A stretch of 64,000 bases of DNA from an uncultured delta proteobacterium (GCA_963766715.1 CAVYBH010000008.1:672001-736000), one strand, 5' to 3'. Counted from the first letter of the stretch, positions 10,468 to 23,900 are shown. Notes: generated by a model from the letters alone, not told the origin. A program made the numbers and translations.

Positions 10468-11174
10468 CGCTTCCGCTCCCGCGCCGCGTCGAGGAGGCCG
10501 CGCAGGATGGCGCGCTGGCGCGCGTCGCGCCCGGCCAGCACCTCGGGGTGCCACTGCACGCCGAGCGCGAACGGGTGATCCGGCAGCTCGACGGCCTCGA
10601 CCACGCCGTCGGGCGCGCGCCCGGAGACGAGCACGCCGTTTCCGGGCCGGTTCACCGCCTGGTGGTGGGTGCTGTTCACGGGGAGCGGATCGGGGCCGCA
10701 GAGCCGCGCGAGCAGCGTCCCGGGGACGACGAGGACCTCGTGGCTCGCCACGTCCTTCGGGGGCGGCTGCTCGTGGGAGACGCCCAGGTCGTCGGGGAGG
10801 TGCTGGTGGAGCGTTCCGCCCCGGATCACGTTGACGAGCTGCATCCCCCCGCAGATCCCGAGCACCGGCAGGCCCACCGAGAGGGCGGCCTCGGCGAGGG
10901 CGCCCTCGAAGGCGGTGCGCTCCGGGCGCGTCGGGCCGCAGCCGGGGCGGCGGGACTCCCCGTAGCGCTCGGGCGGGATGTCGAAGTCTCCCCCGGCCAC
11001 GAGCAGGGCGTCGCAGAGCGACAGGTAGGCGCCGGCCAGCGCCTCGTCCCCGTAGGGAATGGGGAGCGGCAACCCGCCCTCGTCCCGCACCGCGTCGGCG
11101 TAGGCCCGGGGCAGCTCGTATCGCCCGCGCACCTCGTCGAGGTCGAGCGGGATGCCGACGCGGGGCCGCCTCAT
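10464..11174 (-). CDS. Class I glutamine amidotransferase / peptidase C26 (PuuD-like gamma-glutamyl hydrolase family)
   Basis: GGDFDIPP, PVLGICGGMQLVNV, VNSTHHQAV, GVQWHPE (Cys-His-Glu triad). Confidence 0.9.
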   Translation of the reverse strand: MRRPRVGIPLDLDEVRGRYELPRAYADAVRDEGGLPLPIPYGDEALAGAYLSLCDALLVAGGDFDIPPERYGESRRPGCGPTRPERTAFEGALAEAALSVGLPVLGICGGMQLVNVIRGGTLHQHLPDDLGVSHEQPPPKDVASHEVLVVPGTLLARLCGPDPLPVNSTHHQAVNRPGNGVLVSGRAPDGVVEAVELPDHPFALGVQWHPEVLAGRDARQRAILRGLLDAARERKR

Positions 11175-11837
11175 CGCGCGCCTCCCCTCGCCTGCCGTCC
11201 TTCCTGGAACCGGGCCGAGAGCAGGGCCGCGCGCGCCCGGACGTCGCCGCGCGCGAGGAGGTCCTCGATCATCGCCGCCGCCGCGGCGCCCGGCTCCGGC
11301 CACTTCACCCACCGTCTCGAGGGAGATCCCCCCGATGGCCACCACCGGCGCGCCCAGCGAGGCGGCCACCTCCCGCAGCGCGTCGAGCCCCCGCGCCGGG
11401 ACGGCCAGCTCCTTCGAGCGGGTCCCGAACATCGGGCCGAAGCCGACGTGATCGGCGCCGGCCGCGAGCGCGGCGCGCGCCTCGGCGAGCGTGCGCGTGC
11501 TGCGCCCGACCAGGCGAGCCGGCCCCACGACCTGCCGGGCCTCCTCCGGGGGGAGGTCGTCGTCGCCGACGTGGACCCCGTCGGCGCCGGAGAGGACGGC
11601 CAGGTCGGCACGGTCGTTCACCACCACGAGCGCCCGCCCGCGCGCCAGCGCCACGATCTCCCGGGCGGCGGCCAGCACCTCCCCGGCCGGGGCGCGCTTC
11701 ATGCGAACCTGCACGACGCCCGCTCCGCCCTCCACGGCGGCCCGGGCCTGGCCGACGGGGTCCTCGTCGCCGACGATGGCGTAGATCCCGTGGATGCGGG
11801 TGATCCGGGAGGCGTGCTCGGAAGGGGCGTCGACCAT
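11171..11837 (-). CDS. thiE: Thiamine phosphate synthase (frameshift near 11300)
   Basis: VVQVRMK, VVNDRADLA, GVHVGDDDL, GPMFGTRSK, VAIGGI. The C-terminus continues in ORF 11171..11611. Confidence 0.9.
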
Positions 11838-11861
11838 GGCCCGGCCAACTTTGCACCTCGC

Positions 11862-11890
11862 TTGACGCCCCGGCAAGCCGAGCATATTTT
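11862..11890 (+). promoter_or_regulatory. Putative sigma70-type promoter
   Basis: TTGACG (11862-11867), N17, TATTTT (11885-11890), upstream of the small ORF at 11924. Confidence 0.5.
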
Positions 11891-11923
11891 CCCGCCTCCG
11901 CAAGACGAAGCCCGGAAGGAACC

Positions 11924-12103
11924 ATGGCCGATACCCTCGAGAACAAGCTCGTCGACCAGCGCGTCGCCCAGCGATACATCCGCAAGGGACAGCTCGATCC
12001 GAAGGACTACGAGCGATACCTCAAGTCGCTTCCGGACGTGGCCGACCAGGCCGTCCCGGTCGAGTCCGAGGTCGAGCACGTCGAGACCGGAGAGGACGAC
12101 TAG
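11924..12103 (+). CDS. Small hypothetical protein (59 aa; absent from ORF track)
   Basis: MADTLENKLVDQRVAQRYIRKGQLDPKDYERYLKSLPDVADQAVPVESEVEHVETGEDD*. RBS AAGGA, promoter upstream, GC3-biased codons. Confidence 0.8.
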   Translation: MADTLENKLVDQRVAQRYIRKGQLDPKDYERYLKSLPDVADQAVPVESEVEHVETGEDD

Positions 12104-12105
12104 CA

Positions 12106-13488
12106 GTGCGGACCGGCGCGGCCCTGTGCGGCGCCCTCGCCCTGCTCCTCGCACCCCGGATCTCCCCGGCGCAGGCTCCGGCCGCGCTCCCGCGCGCCGA
12201 GCCTCGCCCCCCCGCCGAGCGTCGAACCCCCGTCGTCGTCGCCGCGGAGAGATCCCGGGGCGCGGTGGTGAACGTGTCGGCGGAGGAGATGGTCCGCGTC
12301 CGCGTGCCCACCCCGGGCGCCGACATGGGCCAGCTCCTCTACGAGGAGTTCTTCGGGAAGCCCCGCTACCGCAGCGGCTACGCCGTCACCTCGCTCGGCA
12401 GCGGGGTGATCGTCTCGCCCGACGGCCACGTGCTCACGAACGCCCACGTGGTGGAGCGGGGCGCGCGCTTCCGGGTGCAGCTCCTCGACGGGCGCGAGCT
12501 CCCGGCCCGGGTCCTCGGCACCGACCCGGGATCCGACCTGGCCGTGCTCCGGATCGAGGTCCCGCCCCGCGAGAAGCTCCCCTTCCTCGCCGCCGGCCGG
12601 TCCGACGACCTCATGATCGGCGAGACCGTGATCGCCATCGGCAACCCGTTCGGCCTCGCCCACACCGTCACCACGGGCGTGGTCTCGGCGCTCCACCGCA
12701 AGGTGGGCGACGCGCAGCGCCCCCTCTTCGACATGATCCAGACCGACGCGTCCATCAACCCGGGCAACTCGGGGGGGCCGCTCGTGAACATCCAGGGGCA
12801 GCTCATCGGCGTGAACACCGCCATCCTCGGCGACCGCAGCGCCGGGATCGGCTTCGCCATCCCCATCGACCGGGCGCTGCGCATCGCCGAGGACCTGATC
12901 CGGCACGGCGAGGTGCGGGAGGGGTGGACCGGCATCGCGGTGAAGGACCAGCCCATCAAGTCGGACACCATCGGCAGCGAGCGGGTGCGCGTCCAGGTGA
13001 GCGGCGTCGAGGCCGGATCGCCGGCCGCCGGGGCCGGGGTCCGAAAGGGCGACCTGATCGAGTCGGTCGGCGACGTCCCGGTGGAGAGCGCCGCCGAGTA
13101 CCGGTTCCGCGTCCGGGACGTCCCGGCGGGCGGCACGGTCCGGATCGGGATCCTGCGCGGCGAGACCCGCGTCACGGCGTCCGTGCGCACGGTCGAGCTC
13201 TCCGCGGAGCGGGCCGAGACCCTCCTCCTCTCCCGCACCGGGCTCGCCCTCGGCGAGGAGAAGGTCCGGGGCGGCAACGTGGTCGTCATCCGCTCGGTGA
13301 AGCGCGGGAGCCCCGCGGCCGAGGCGGGGCTGCAGGCCGGCGACTGGATCCGCGAGGTGAACTCGCGCGAGATCTCCACGCTCGCCGAGTGGAAGAAGGG
13401 CGCGGTCCAGGCCCGGCGGGCCGGCCGGCTCGTCCTGCTCGTGCAGCGGGGCTACGCCGCCGAGCGCGTCGCCTTCGATGTGGACTAG
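12106..13488 (+). CDS. HtrA/DegP-like trypsin serine protease with two PDZ domains
   Basis: GSGVIVS, LTNAHVV, DLAVL, QTDASINPGNSGGPL, two PDZ-like segments (GSPAA.AG). Confidence 0.93.
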   Translation: MRTGAALCGALALLLAPRISPAQAPAALPRAEPRPPAERRTPVVVAAERSRGAVVNVSAEEMVRVRVPTPGADMGQLLYEEFFGKPRYRSGYAVTSLGSGVIVSPDGHVLTNAHVVERGARFRVQLLDGRELPARVLGTDPGSDLAVLRIEVPPREKLPFLAAGRSDDLMIGETVIAIGNPFGLAHTVTTGVVSALHRKVGDAQRPLFDMIQTDASINPGNSGGPLVNIQGQLIGVNTAILGDRSAGIGFAIPIDRALRIAEDLIRHGEVREGWTGIAVKDQPIKSDTIGSERVRVQVSGVEAGSPAAGAGVRKGDLIESVGDVPVESAAEYRFRVRDVPAGGTVRIGILRGETRVTASVRTVELSAERAETLLLSRTGLALGEEKVRGGNVVVIRSVKRGSPAAEAGLQAGDWIREVNSREISTLAEWKKGAVQARRAGRLVLLVQRGYAAERVAFDVD

Positions 13489-13497
13489 GATGTCGGC

Positions 13498-13785
13498 ATG
13501 ACCGACGCCCATCCCCCGGCCCACCTGGACTTCGGCACCTTCGTCCTCTCGATCGGCTCCTCGGCGCTCGTCCACCTCGGCGAGATCGAGCATCCGGAGA
13601 CCGAGCAGGCCCGCGAGAACCTCCTCCTGGCGCGGCAGACCATCGACCTGCTCGCCATGCTCGAGGAGAAGACCAAGGGCAACCTCACCGAGGAGGAGGC
13701 GCACTTCCTCCGCGACCTGCTCGCCGACCTCCGGCTGAAGTTCGTGGAGAAGAGCCGCGGCGCGGCCTCGAGGCCCCCGGGCTAG
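13498..13785 (+). CDS. DUF1844-family protein
   Basis: FGTFVLSIGSSALVHLG...ARQTIDLLAMLEEKTKGNLTEEE signature. Confidence 0.85.
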   Translation: MTDAHPPAHLDFGTFVLSIGSSALVHLGEIEHPETEQARENLLLARQTIDLLAMLEEKTKGNLTEEEAHFLRDLLADLRLKFVEKSRGAASRPPG

Positions 13786-14060
13786 GGCCTGAGCCCGGCC
13801 TCGACGTACGTCTCGGCGAGGCGCCGGATCAGCTCGCGTCGCAGCACGCGGCGCGTCCGCGCCAGCGCATCCGGATCCCGGGACGGCCGGTAGGTCCGGC
13901 GCGAGGCCGCCTCCACCACCCAGGCGATGCGCCGGGGATCGAGCCGGGCCGGCTCGCGCCGGCGCCGCTTGAGGAAGAAGCCGATCCCGCGCTCTTCGAG
14001 AACGCGGTGGAGGGACCGCCGGGCCTCGGCGGTGAGGGTGAGATCGACGATGTTTTCCAC
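13782..14060 (-). CDS. Hypothetical basic protein (92 aa)
   Basis: Fills the gap between the DUF1844 gene and bioD with a convergent stop overlap; helical, Arg-rich sequence. Confidence 0.55.
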   Translation of the reverse strand: MENIVDLTLTAEARRSLHRVLEERGIGFFLKRRRREPARLDPRRIAWVVEAASRRTYRPSRDPDALARTRRVLRRELIRRLAETYVEAGLRP

Positions 14061-14114
14061 GGACCGATCTCTAGGATCGATCGCGCGATCGATCCAATTT
14101 CCGGCCCATCCGCC

Positions 14115-16223
<2,109 letters not shown>

Positions 16224-17461
16224 TCAGGGCGGGAGGAAGTGGATCCGATCGATCGGTCCGGGCGACGGATCGAGGAAGACCAGCAGGCGCCGGCCGTCCG
16301 TGAAGTAGGGATCGCCCGTCAGGTTGTGGCGGGGCGCGCTCCGGGGCGCCTCGCCCACACCCGGCAGGAGGCCCACGCGGGAGACGTATCCGGACATGGC
16401 GAGATCCATCAGGAGGTAGTCGCGGTCCTCGTCGACGTCCGGATCGATCTTGTGGGTGGTGAGGTACCAGGAGCTCGTGGTGAGGCGAACGCCGATGTCG
16501 CGGCTGACCTGGCCGATCCAGACCGGCGTGCCCTGGAAGTCGAAGGGAGCCCGCCAGAGCCGGAGGTGGTTGCGCCGGTCGATGTCGTTGCGGGCCTTCT
16601 GGAGCGCGGCGTCCTGCGGGCGGCCGTAGGCGTAGAGCGGGCTCACGGGCGAGGTGAGGTAGCGGCGTGCCGAGGAGGAAGGCCTTCACCGTCTTCCAGG
16701 CCGAGGCCACGGTGAAGGGCTCGGTGAGGTTCCAGCCCCGCTCCACGAACGGGAAGAGGGCGGCGGGGACTTCCCCCACCACCACGAGGTTGAGCGGATC
16801 GGCGTCCTCCGTCCCCTCGGCGTTCCGGGCGCAGCAGGGGAGCTTCTCGATCGCCGCGAGCAGCGCGGGCAGGTCGAGGTCCTTCACCTCGGACCTCGGA
16901 TAGAGCGCCGCGAAGTCGATCTTCTCGAAGTCCCACCGTTCCGCCGGGCACCTCCGCGATGAAGCGGAAGCTCCGCACCTGGCCGTCGCTCAGGACCTCG
17001 ACCGGGACGTAGCGGGCGCCTTCCCCGGCGTGGGTGTAGACGAAGCCCTGCGACACGCCACGCGGGGGCACCTCGAGCGGCATGGCCGTGGAGAGCAGGA
17101 GCTCGTCGATCGCCTGGTTCCGCTTTCCGGCGAACACCCGGTGGAACATGTACGCCACCTCGAACGGCGCGAAGTAGCTCGGGTCGGTCGCGATGGGGAC
17201 GAACCAGACGGGAGAATCGGTCCGGTTCTCGATCTTCATCCAGATCGGCTGGACCCCGTGGCTCGCGAGCTCGAGCCCCAGGTAGCGGCGGCTCTCCTCT
17301 GCGGAGAGGGCCGACACGTGGACCCGGAGATCTTCGGACTCCTGCGTGGCGGCGCGGCCGAAGAACCCGGCCTGTGCGAGCGGCTCGGGGGCGAAGCGAC
17401 CGCAGCCGGCCAGCGCCAGCACCGCGAGGACCAGGATCGAGACGGACGGGGCAGCGCGCAC
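16224..17461 (-). CDS. Lipoprotein with LssY C-terminal-like domain (at least 2 frameshifts)
   Basis: GGAGG plus GTG 17461, lipobox LAGC; DPLNLVVVG...GW; SPLYAYGRPQDAALQKAR...RNHLRLW...WIGQVSRDIGV...THKIDPDVDEDRD...DPYFTDG. Confidence 0.75.
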
Positions 17462-17631
17462 GGAGACCTCCCGGCGGCACCGTACCCCGGGATCGGGGGA
17501 CCGCCCCCGGGCCCTTCGGGCGTCCCGGGAACACGGGACGACCCGGACACGCCCCAACAGGGGTCAGGCGAAGAATATTTACTGTCAGTGAACGACGTCC
17601 CGCACGGCCAGGAGGGCGGCCGCCCGGGAGA

Positions 17632-17645
17632 TTGACGAGCGTCAA
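17632..17645. promoter_or_regulatory. FNR/CRP-family-like palindrome TTGAC-N4-GTCAA
   Basis: TTGACGAGCGTCAA in the AT-richer divergent intergenic region; same geometry as the FNR box TTGAT-N4-ATCAA. Confidence 0.45.
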
Positions 17646-17905
17646 AGTTTATTTTGTCTCGTGGGGGCGGGGAGCTTGAACGCCAGGCGCGGGGGCCCCC
17701 GACTCCCCCATGAGGGTCGTCGAATGCGTTTACTTACGTGATTTCAGGACTTTACTTGGCGTACGCGTCACTCGATGACGGGACGACCGTACCCCGGAAA
17801 GAGTGTGTAACGACCTGGGTAAGCGAACCTGGAGCCATGCGCTCCACGTTCGGACCCGGCCCGGAGGGGCCAGACGTCGGGAGCCAGCCATGCACCAGGT
17901 CGAGA

Positions 17906-20900
17906 ATGCGGAAGGGCGCGGCACGGATCGTCCACTCGGGGCTCGCGGCGCTGTTCGCCGCGGCCTGCCCTCCTTCCGCCTGCGGCCGCACTCGCGGCGC
18001 GCCCCAGTGCCTGCGCACGCTGACGGCCGACGTCGTCGTCCTCGACCAGCCGCTCATGTTCAACCGGCTCGGCTCGCAGAACGTGAACGGCATGATGTAC
18101 GCGCTGCGCCGGGACGTGGTGAGCAAGGTCACCGGCGCCCCGTGCGGCGGCTCCTGCTCCGCCGGCGCGGTCACGCTCCGGCCGGACAAGCGCCCGCGCC
18201 CGCTCGTCCTGCGCGTCGCGGCGGGCGACTGCCTCGACGTCGCCTTCCAGAACCTGCTCACCCCCTCCGCGAACCCGGCCAACGCCCCGCACCCGTTGCT
18301 CCTCATCGACGATCAGGTGGCGATCGCCGCGCCAGCTTCCACGCCCAGGGGCTCGAGCTGCGCAGCTCGATGCAGGACGACGGCTCCTACGTCGGCCAGG
18401 CCACGGCCTCGGGGCTCGTCGGCTCCGGCGGGCGCGCCACGCTACAAGTACTACGCGGCCAGGGAGGGCACGTTCCTCGTCACCAGCCACGGCGCGGCCT
18501 TCGGCTCCGACGGCGCGGCGGGAAACAACACGAACGGCCTGTTCGCGGTGGTCAACGTGGAGCCTCCGGGCGCGAACTTCTACCGGAGCCAGGTGACCGA
18601 GGAGGAGATGCGCCTCGCCATCGACGTGGCGAGCCCGGCCTCGTGCCCGGCCTCCGCCGCGGGCGTGACCCCGGTCCGCGCCGCGACCCCGGGGTTCACC
18701 TGCGCCGGCCAGCCCATCCTGAACTACGAGGCCACCTACCCCCGGGTCCAGGAAGCGCGGTCCCGACCTCGATCACGTCGGGCGCGACGGCGGCCGGGGC
18801 CGCCTTCATCCCGCTCGCACAGGATCCCACCACGCTCCCGGTCGCCTTCCCGTCGAGCGGTTTCGTGAAGCTCCTGCCCCCGCCGGGCTCGACGACCGCT
18901 CCGGAGGTGGTCGCCTACACCATCGATCCGGCCACGGCCGGCTTCACGCTCGCCACCCGCGTTCCCTCGACGACCACCTCGGCCGTCGTCGACGCGGCGT
19001 CGACGTCCATCCCCCTCGTCCAGGACCCGGCGACGCTGTCCCCGCCGTTCCCGGCGAGCGGGAACGTCACGCTGGTGGCCCTCGCCGGAAGCGGCGCGAC
19101 GAGCGAGACCTTCGCCTACACCATCGATTCCGCGGCGCCCTCCGTCCTCGTGCTCGCGGCGGGCGTCGCCCCGGCGCAGACCTGGGCCATCGGCGCCGAG
19201 GTCCAGCTCACCAGCGCGGCCGGCGCGCCCATCCTCCTCTCCGGCCTCACCCGCGCATGGCCGGCCGGCGCCACCGTCCAGAGCGTCGACGCCAGCGGCG
19301 CCGTGGCCACCGTCGCGATTCCCAGCGTCTGGGCGCGGGAAGGCAAGGCCGGCCTCCCCGTCCTGAACATGCTGCCGGCACGTCGAGCTCGTCCACTCCG
19401 ACCTGAACGCCATCATCACCGGCCCGGCGGCGACCGGGGACGGGAAGTTCCCGGCCTCCACCTACCCGCTCGAGTCGAAGGGCTTCACGGCAACCCGACC
19501 CTCCCGAACCGGCTCGAGCCGTTCCGCGAGTACACCGTCGTCTTCCACGACGAGGCGGCGGTGGCGAACGCCTTCCCGCTCTGGTTCGCCAGGAACGTGA
19601 ACGGCGCACCCAACCCGCTCGCCCACACGCTCCACGCCGTCGGCGACGTCTTCCAGATGAACTACGGATCGGGCGGCATCGGCCCCGAGGTGATCGCCAA
19701 CCGGCTCGGCGTCGGCCCCATGCACGACTGCCTCGACTGCGCCTACGAGGAGTTCTTCCTCACCTCCCCCGCCGTGGGAGATCCCGCCATGGTGGTGGAC
19801 GTCCCCGCCGACACGGGGCTCGAGGCCTGCCCGCCGCCCGGCTTCACCGCGCCCGCCGGCGCCTGGCCGCGGTGGGGCCCAAGGCCACCCGCGCCTACTA
19901 CCCGGACGATCCCTCCAACGTGCACCACAGCTACATCAGCGACCACGTGAGGTTCCGGAACGTGCACACGGGGAAGGAGCACCACATCTTCCACCTGCAC
20001 AACCACCAGTGGCTCTTCAACCCCAACGACGACAACTCGAACTACCTCGACGCGCAGGGCATCGGCCCCGGGGGCGGCTACACCTACGAGATCAACTTCG
20101 GCGGCTCGGGCAACCGCAACAAGAGCGCCGGCGACGCCATCTTCCACTGCCACTTCTACCCGCACTTCGCGCAGGGCATGTGGGAGCTGTGGCGCAACCA
20201 CGACGTCTTCGAGGCCGGCACGCCGCTCGCGGCCCGGCCGGCGCCTTCCACGCGGACGCCCTTCGCGCTGCAGGACGGGACGCCCGCGGTGGAACCTGCC
20301 GGCCCGGCGGGACGCCCGCGCCCGCGCGCCTCTGCCGGACGGCGAGATCGTCGGCCGGCACGCCCATCCCGGCGGTGGTGCCGCTGCCCGGCAAGGCGAT
20401 GGCGCCATCGCCCGGCAAGGCCATGGTCGTCCCCCAAGGTCGCGCCCGAGCAACGCCACGGTGCTCGGCACGCGTGGCCCGCGGTCGAGCGCACGCCGGC
20501 GACCGGGCGACCCCGCCCCGGCGTGGTCGGACCCGGCCCACGGTGCCCTCCGCGCTCGACCCGAGGGCATCAGGAACCCCGGCTTCCCGTTCTGGCTGGC
20601 CGGCGTCGAGACCACGGTGGGACAGCGCATGCCCTCTCCCCCGCTCGACATGGCACCTAGGCCGGCGGATGGGACGGCGGCCTTCCCCGCCACGCCCTCG
20701 ACGGCTACGCCGCCTCCGGCTGCGCCCGGCGCGGCCCGGCGCGGCTGCGCCGCCGAGCACGCAGTCGCGGCTCGACATGACGAAGGTGGTCCACAAGGCC
20801 GACCCGGTCTGGTTCCCCGAGGACGGCACCGACCTCGAGAAGGCCGCCATGGCCTTCCACGCCGCCGCGAGCACCCGAGCACGGCGGTCCTGCTGAACGG

Positions 20901-23900
20901 CTCCCGACGTCCGGGCCGACTTCGTGACCAACGGGTCGGGCCGGCCCGTCCCGGGCGCCCCGTTCCACGATCCGTGCATCGACGACCTGGGCAGGGTCCT
21001 CGGGCAACGTGACGGGACACTTCTTCGACGGCAGGGGCGGGACCGGCATCACCGGCTGCTCGCCCTTCCACGCCGACTCGCCCCGCGTCTACAAGGGCGC
21101 GAACATCCAGTTCGACGTGGTGCTGAACAAGCTCGGCTACCATTACCCGCAGGAGCGCATCATCACCCTCTGGGAGGACGCGGTCGCCACCATCAACAAG
21201 AAGCAGCGCCCGCCGGAGCCGCTCGTGATCCGCATGAACACCTTCGACTGCGTGATGTACCAGCACACCAACCTGGTCCCGGCGGTCTACGAGCTCGACG
21301 ACTACCAGATCCGCACCACCACCGACATCATCGGGCAGCACATCCACCTGCCCAAGTGGGACCTGACCACCACCGACGGCTCGGCCAACGGCTGGAACTA
21401 CGAGGACGGCACCCTGTCGCCCGACGCGGTGCGCGAGCGCATCGAGGCCATCAACGCCTTCAACGTCGACGGGACCGGCAACCCGGCCAACAGCTCCGGG
21501 GGCGGAGCCGGCCAAGCGGCTCGCCGCGCTCACCCACCCGTTCTTCCCCGCCTCGAGCCCGGGCGGCCTCGACTGGCGGGGCGCCCGGACGACGCTGCAG
21601 CGCTGGTTCTCCGACCCGGTCGTGAACGTGGACGGCCAGCACCGCGGGCTGGGGATCATCTTCACCCACGACCACTTCGGCCCCTCGACCCACCAGCAGG
21701 TGGGGCTCTACGCCACGGTCCTCACCGAGCCGCCGGGCTCCACCTGGGTCCACAACGAGACCGGCGTGCCCATGTACACGCGTCCCGACGGCGGCCCGAC
21801 CAGCTGGCAGGCGGCCATCCTCACCCCCTCCGGCTCGGGCATCGACAGCCACCGGGAGTTCTACTTCGAGTACACGGACTTCCAGCACGCCTACGGCCCT
21901 GGCGTCTACGTCGGGCGCAACCAGTGGGGCGGCCTGGGCTCGCCGCCCGACGAGAAGAGCTTCCGCAGCGCGGTCAACCCCTCGGTCAAGGTGATGCCGG
22001 CGAACCCGCTCCCCGACCTGCTCCAGTTCTCGGTCACCTGCCCGGGCGGCGCTCCGCGTCCCTGCCCGGAGGCCATCTCCGCCGACGACCCGGGTTTCCT
22101 GGTGGTGAACTACCGCAACGAGCCGATCGGCTTCCGCGTCTTCAATCCGGCCAGGCTCGGCCCCGACGGCAAGCCCGGCGCGCAGGCCGACGGCCTCGCC
22201 GGTGACCTGGCGCTCGCGCTGCAGAGCCGGACCGACCGGAAGATGGCGCGGCTCAACACGCAGCCCGTCCCCGGCGGCGCCGGCGCCGTCAACGGCACCC
22301 AGTTCCCGCCGGCCCTGAACGCCACCGACGTCCTGCCGGGCGATCCCTACACGCCGCTCGTCCGCGCCTACTACGGCGACCCGGTCCGGGTGAAGATCCA
22401 GGCCGGAGGCGACGAGGAGTCGCACAACGCCACCATCTACGGCACGAAGTGGCTGCAGGGCGGCTCGGGCTACGGGTTCGCCCCCAACTCCGGCTGGCGG
22501 AACTCCCAGCACGCCGGCATCTCCGAGCAGTTCACCTTCTCCTCCCCGGCGGTCTCGGCGCTGAACGGCCTCGCCTCGTCCGACCAGCTCTACGCCACCA
22601 ACGCCAGCGTCGACGGCTTCTGGAACGGCGTCTGGGGCATCTTCCGGACCTACAAGAACGCGCAGCCCGGGCTCTACAAGCTGCCCAACGCGGCGGCGCT
22701 GCCCTTCAAGCTCGCGAACGGGAACAACTTCGTCGGTCCCTGCCCGAAGACCGCCGTGAACCGCACCTTCGACGTGAGCGCCGTCCTCGCGAACGACGTG
22801 CTCGCGAACGCGGTGGGCGCCACCATCGTCCCGAACGACGGGTCGGAGATCATGAACGCCGGGGGGAAGAACGCTAGCGGCGTCTCCGCCCTGAACCCGA
22901 CGGCGGAACGCTCGTCTACAACCCGCGGGAGACGGCGCTCTCGAACGGGAAGACCGGCGCCCTTCACGACCCGACCGCGATGCTCCTCGTCCGGACCGCC
23001 GACCTGGTCGCCCGCAGCGCAGCCGACCCGGCCTGCCTCAACGCGAGCGGCAGGCTCGACCCGACGCTGGCGGCGTGCCCGGTCATGCTGAAGGCCGGCG
23101 CCCCGGTGGAGCCCATCGTCCTGCGCGCCGCCGCCGGGCGAGTGCATGGTCGTCACCCTGCGCAACCGGCTGCCCGCCGCCGTTCCCGACCTCGCCGGCT
23201 ACAAGCACCTGCCCGGCATCGTCACCCGGGACGCCGCCGATCCGGCCGGCCCGACCACCTTCAACGCCAACCTGATTCGCCCGTCCAGCCTGGTGGGGCT
23301 CCACCCCTCCCTCGTGGCGTACGACGTCGCAAAGGACGACGGCACGGCCACCGGCCGGAACAACCTGGACAAGAACGGCTCGGGCGTGCTCGCCCTGCCC
23401 GGCCAGACCCAGACCTACCGGTGGTACGCGGGCGACCTCAGCCTCGCCCCGGCCTCCGGCGCGCGTCAACGTGGTCGCCACCCCGGTGGAGTTCGGCGGG
23501 GCCAACCTCGCCCGGCCGACGTGATCAAGCAGGGGCAGAAGGGGCTCGTGGGCGCGATCGTCATCGAGCCGGCCGGCTCCACCTCGACCGAGACCGATCT
23601 CGTCGCCGACCACCAGACCGCCAACGCCGCGGCGCCGAGGCGCTCGACGCGCGCCAGCGCCACCCTGTTCCCCGGCACCGCGAACGCCGCCCGCGACCTC
23701 GTGACGGTGGTCCAGAAGGGCATCTCCCTCCGGTACAAGGACGGCACGCCGGCGGAGATGATCGCGGCCGAGCAGATGATCGCCGAGGACGCCGAGGATT
23801 CCGGCCACATGGGCTCAACTACGGCTCGGAGCCCCTGTGGTTCCGCTTCGGCCTGCAGCCGAACTCCGCCCTCACCGGCGGCCACGGGCTCGGGCCCTCG

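Noticed and set aside
10464..11903. Apparent ThiE-C26 fusion (similarly TerC-channel 45116..46282 and Ptb-Buk 53876..56116)
   Set aside because: Each is explained by a 1-bp indel. The upstream gene's true C-terminus is in another frame, and the downstream gene has its own start.
17756..17773. Possible sigma54 promoter TTGGCGTACGCGTCAC upstream of the oxidase
   Set aside because: The -24 GG is present but the -12 GC is missing at the required spacing.
17906..18000. Tat export of the oxidase via nearby tatBC
   Set aside because: No clear twin-arginine motif is readable, and tatBC sit in an unrelated operon.
19720..19745. HDCLDC in the oxidase as a heme c site
   Set aside because: No His follows CxxC (reads CLDCA); more likely a disulfide or metal motif.
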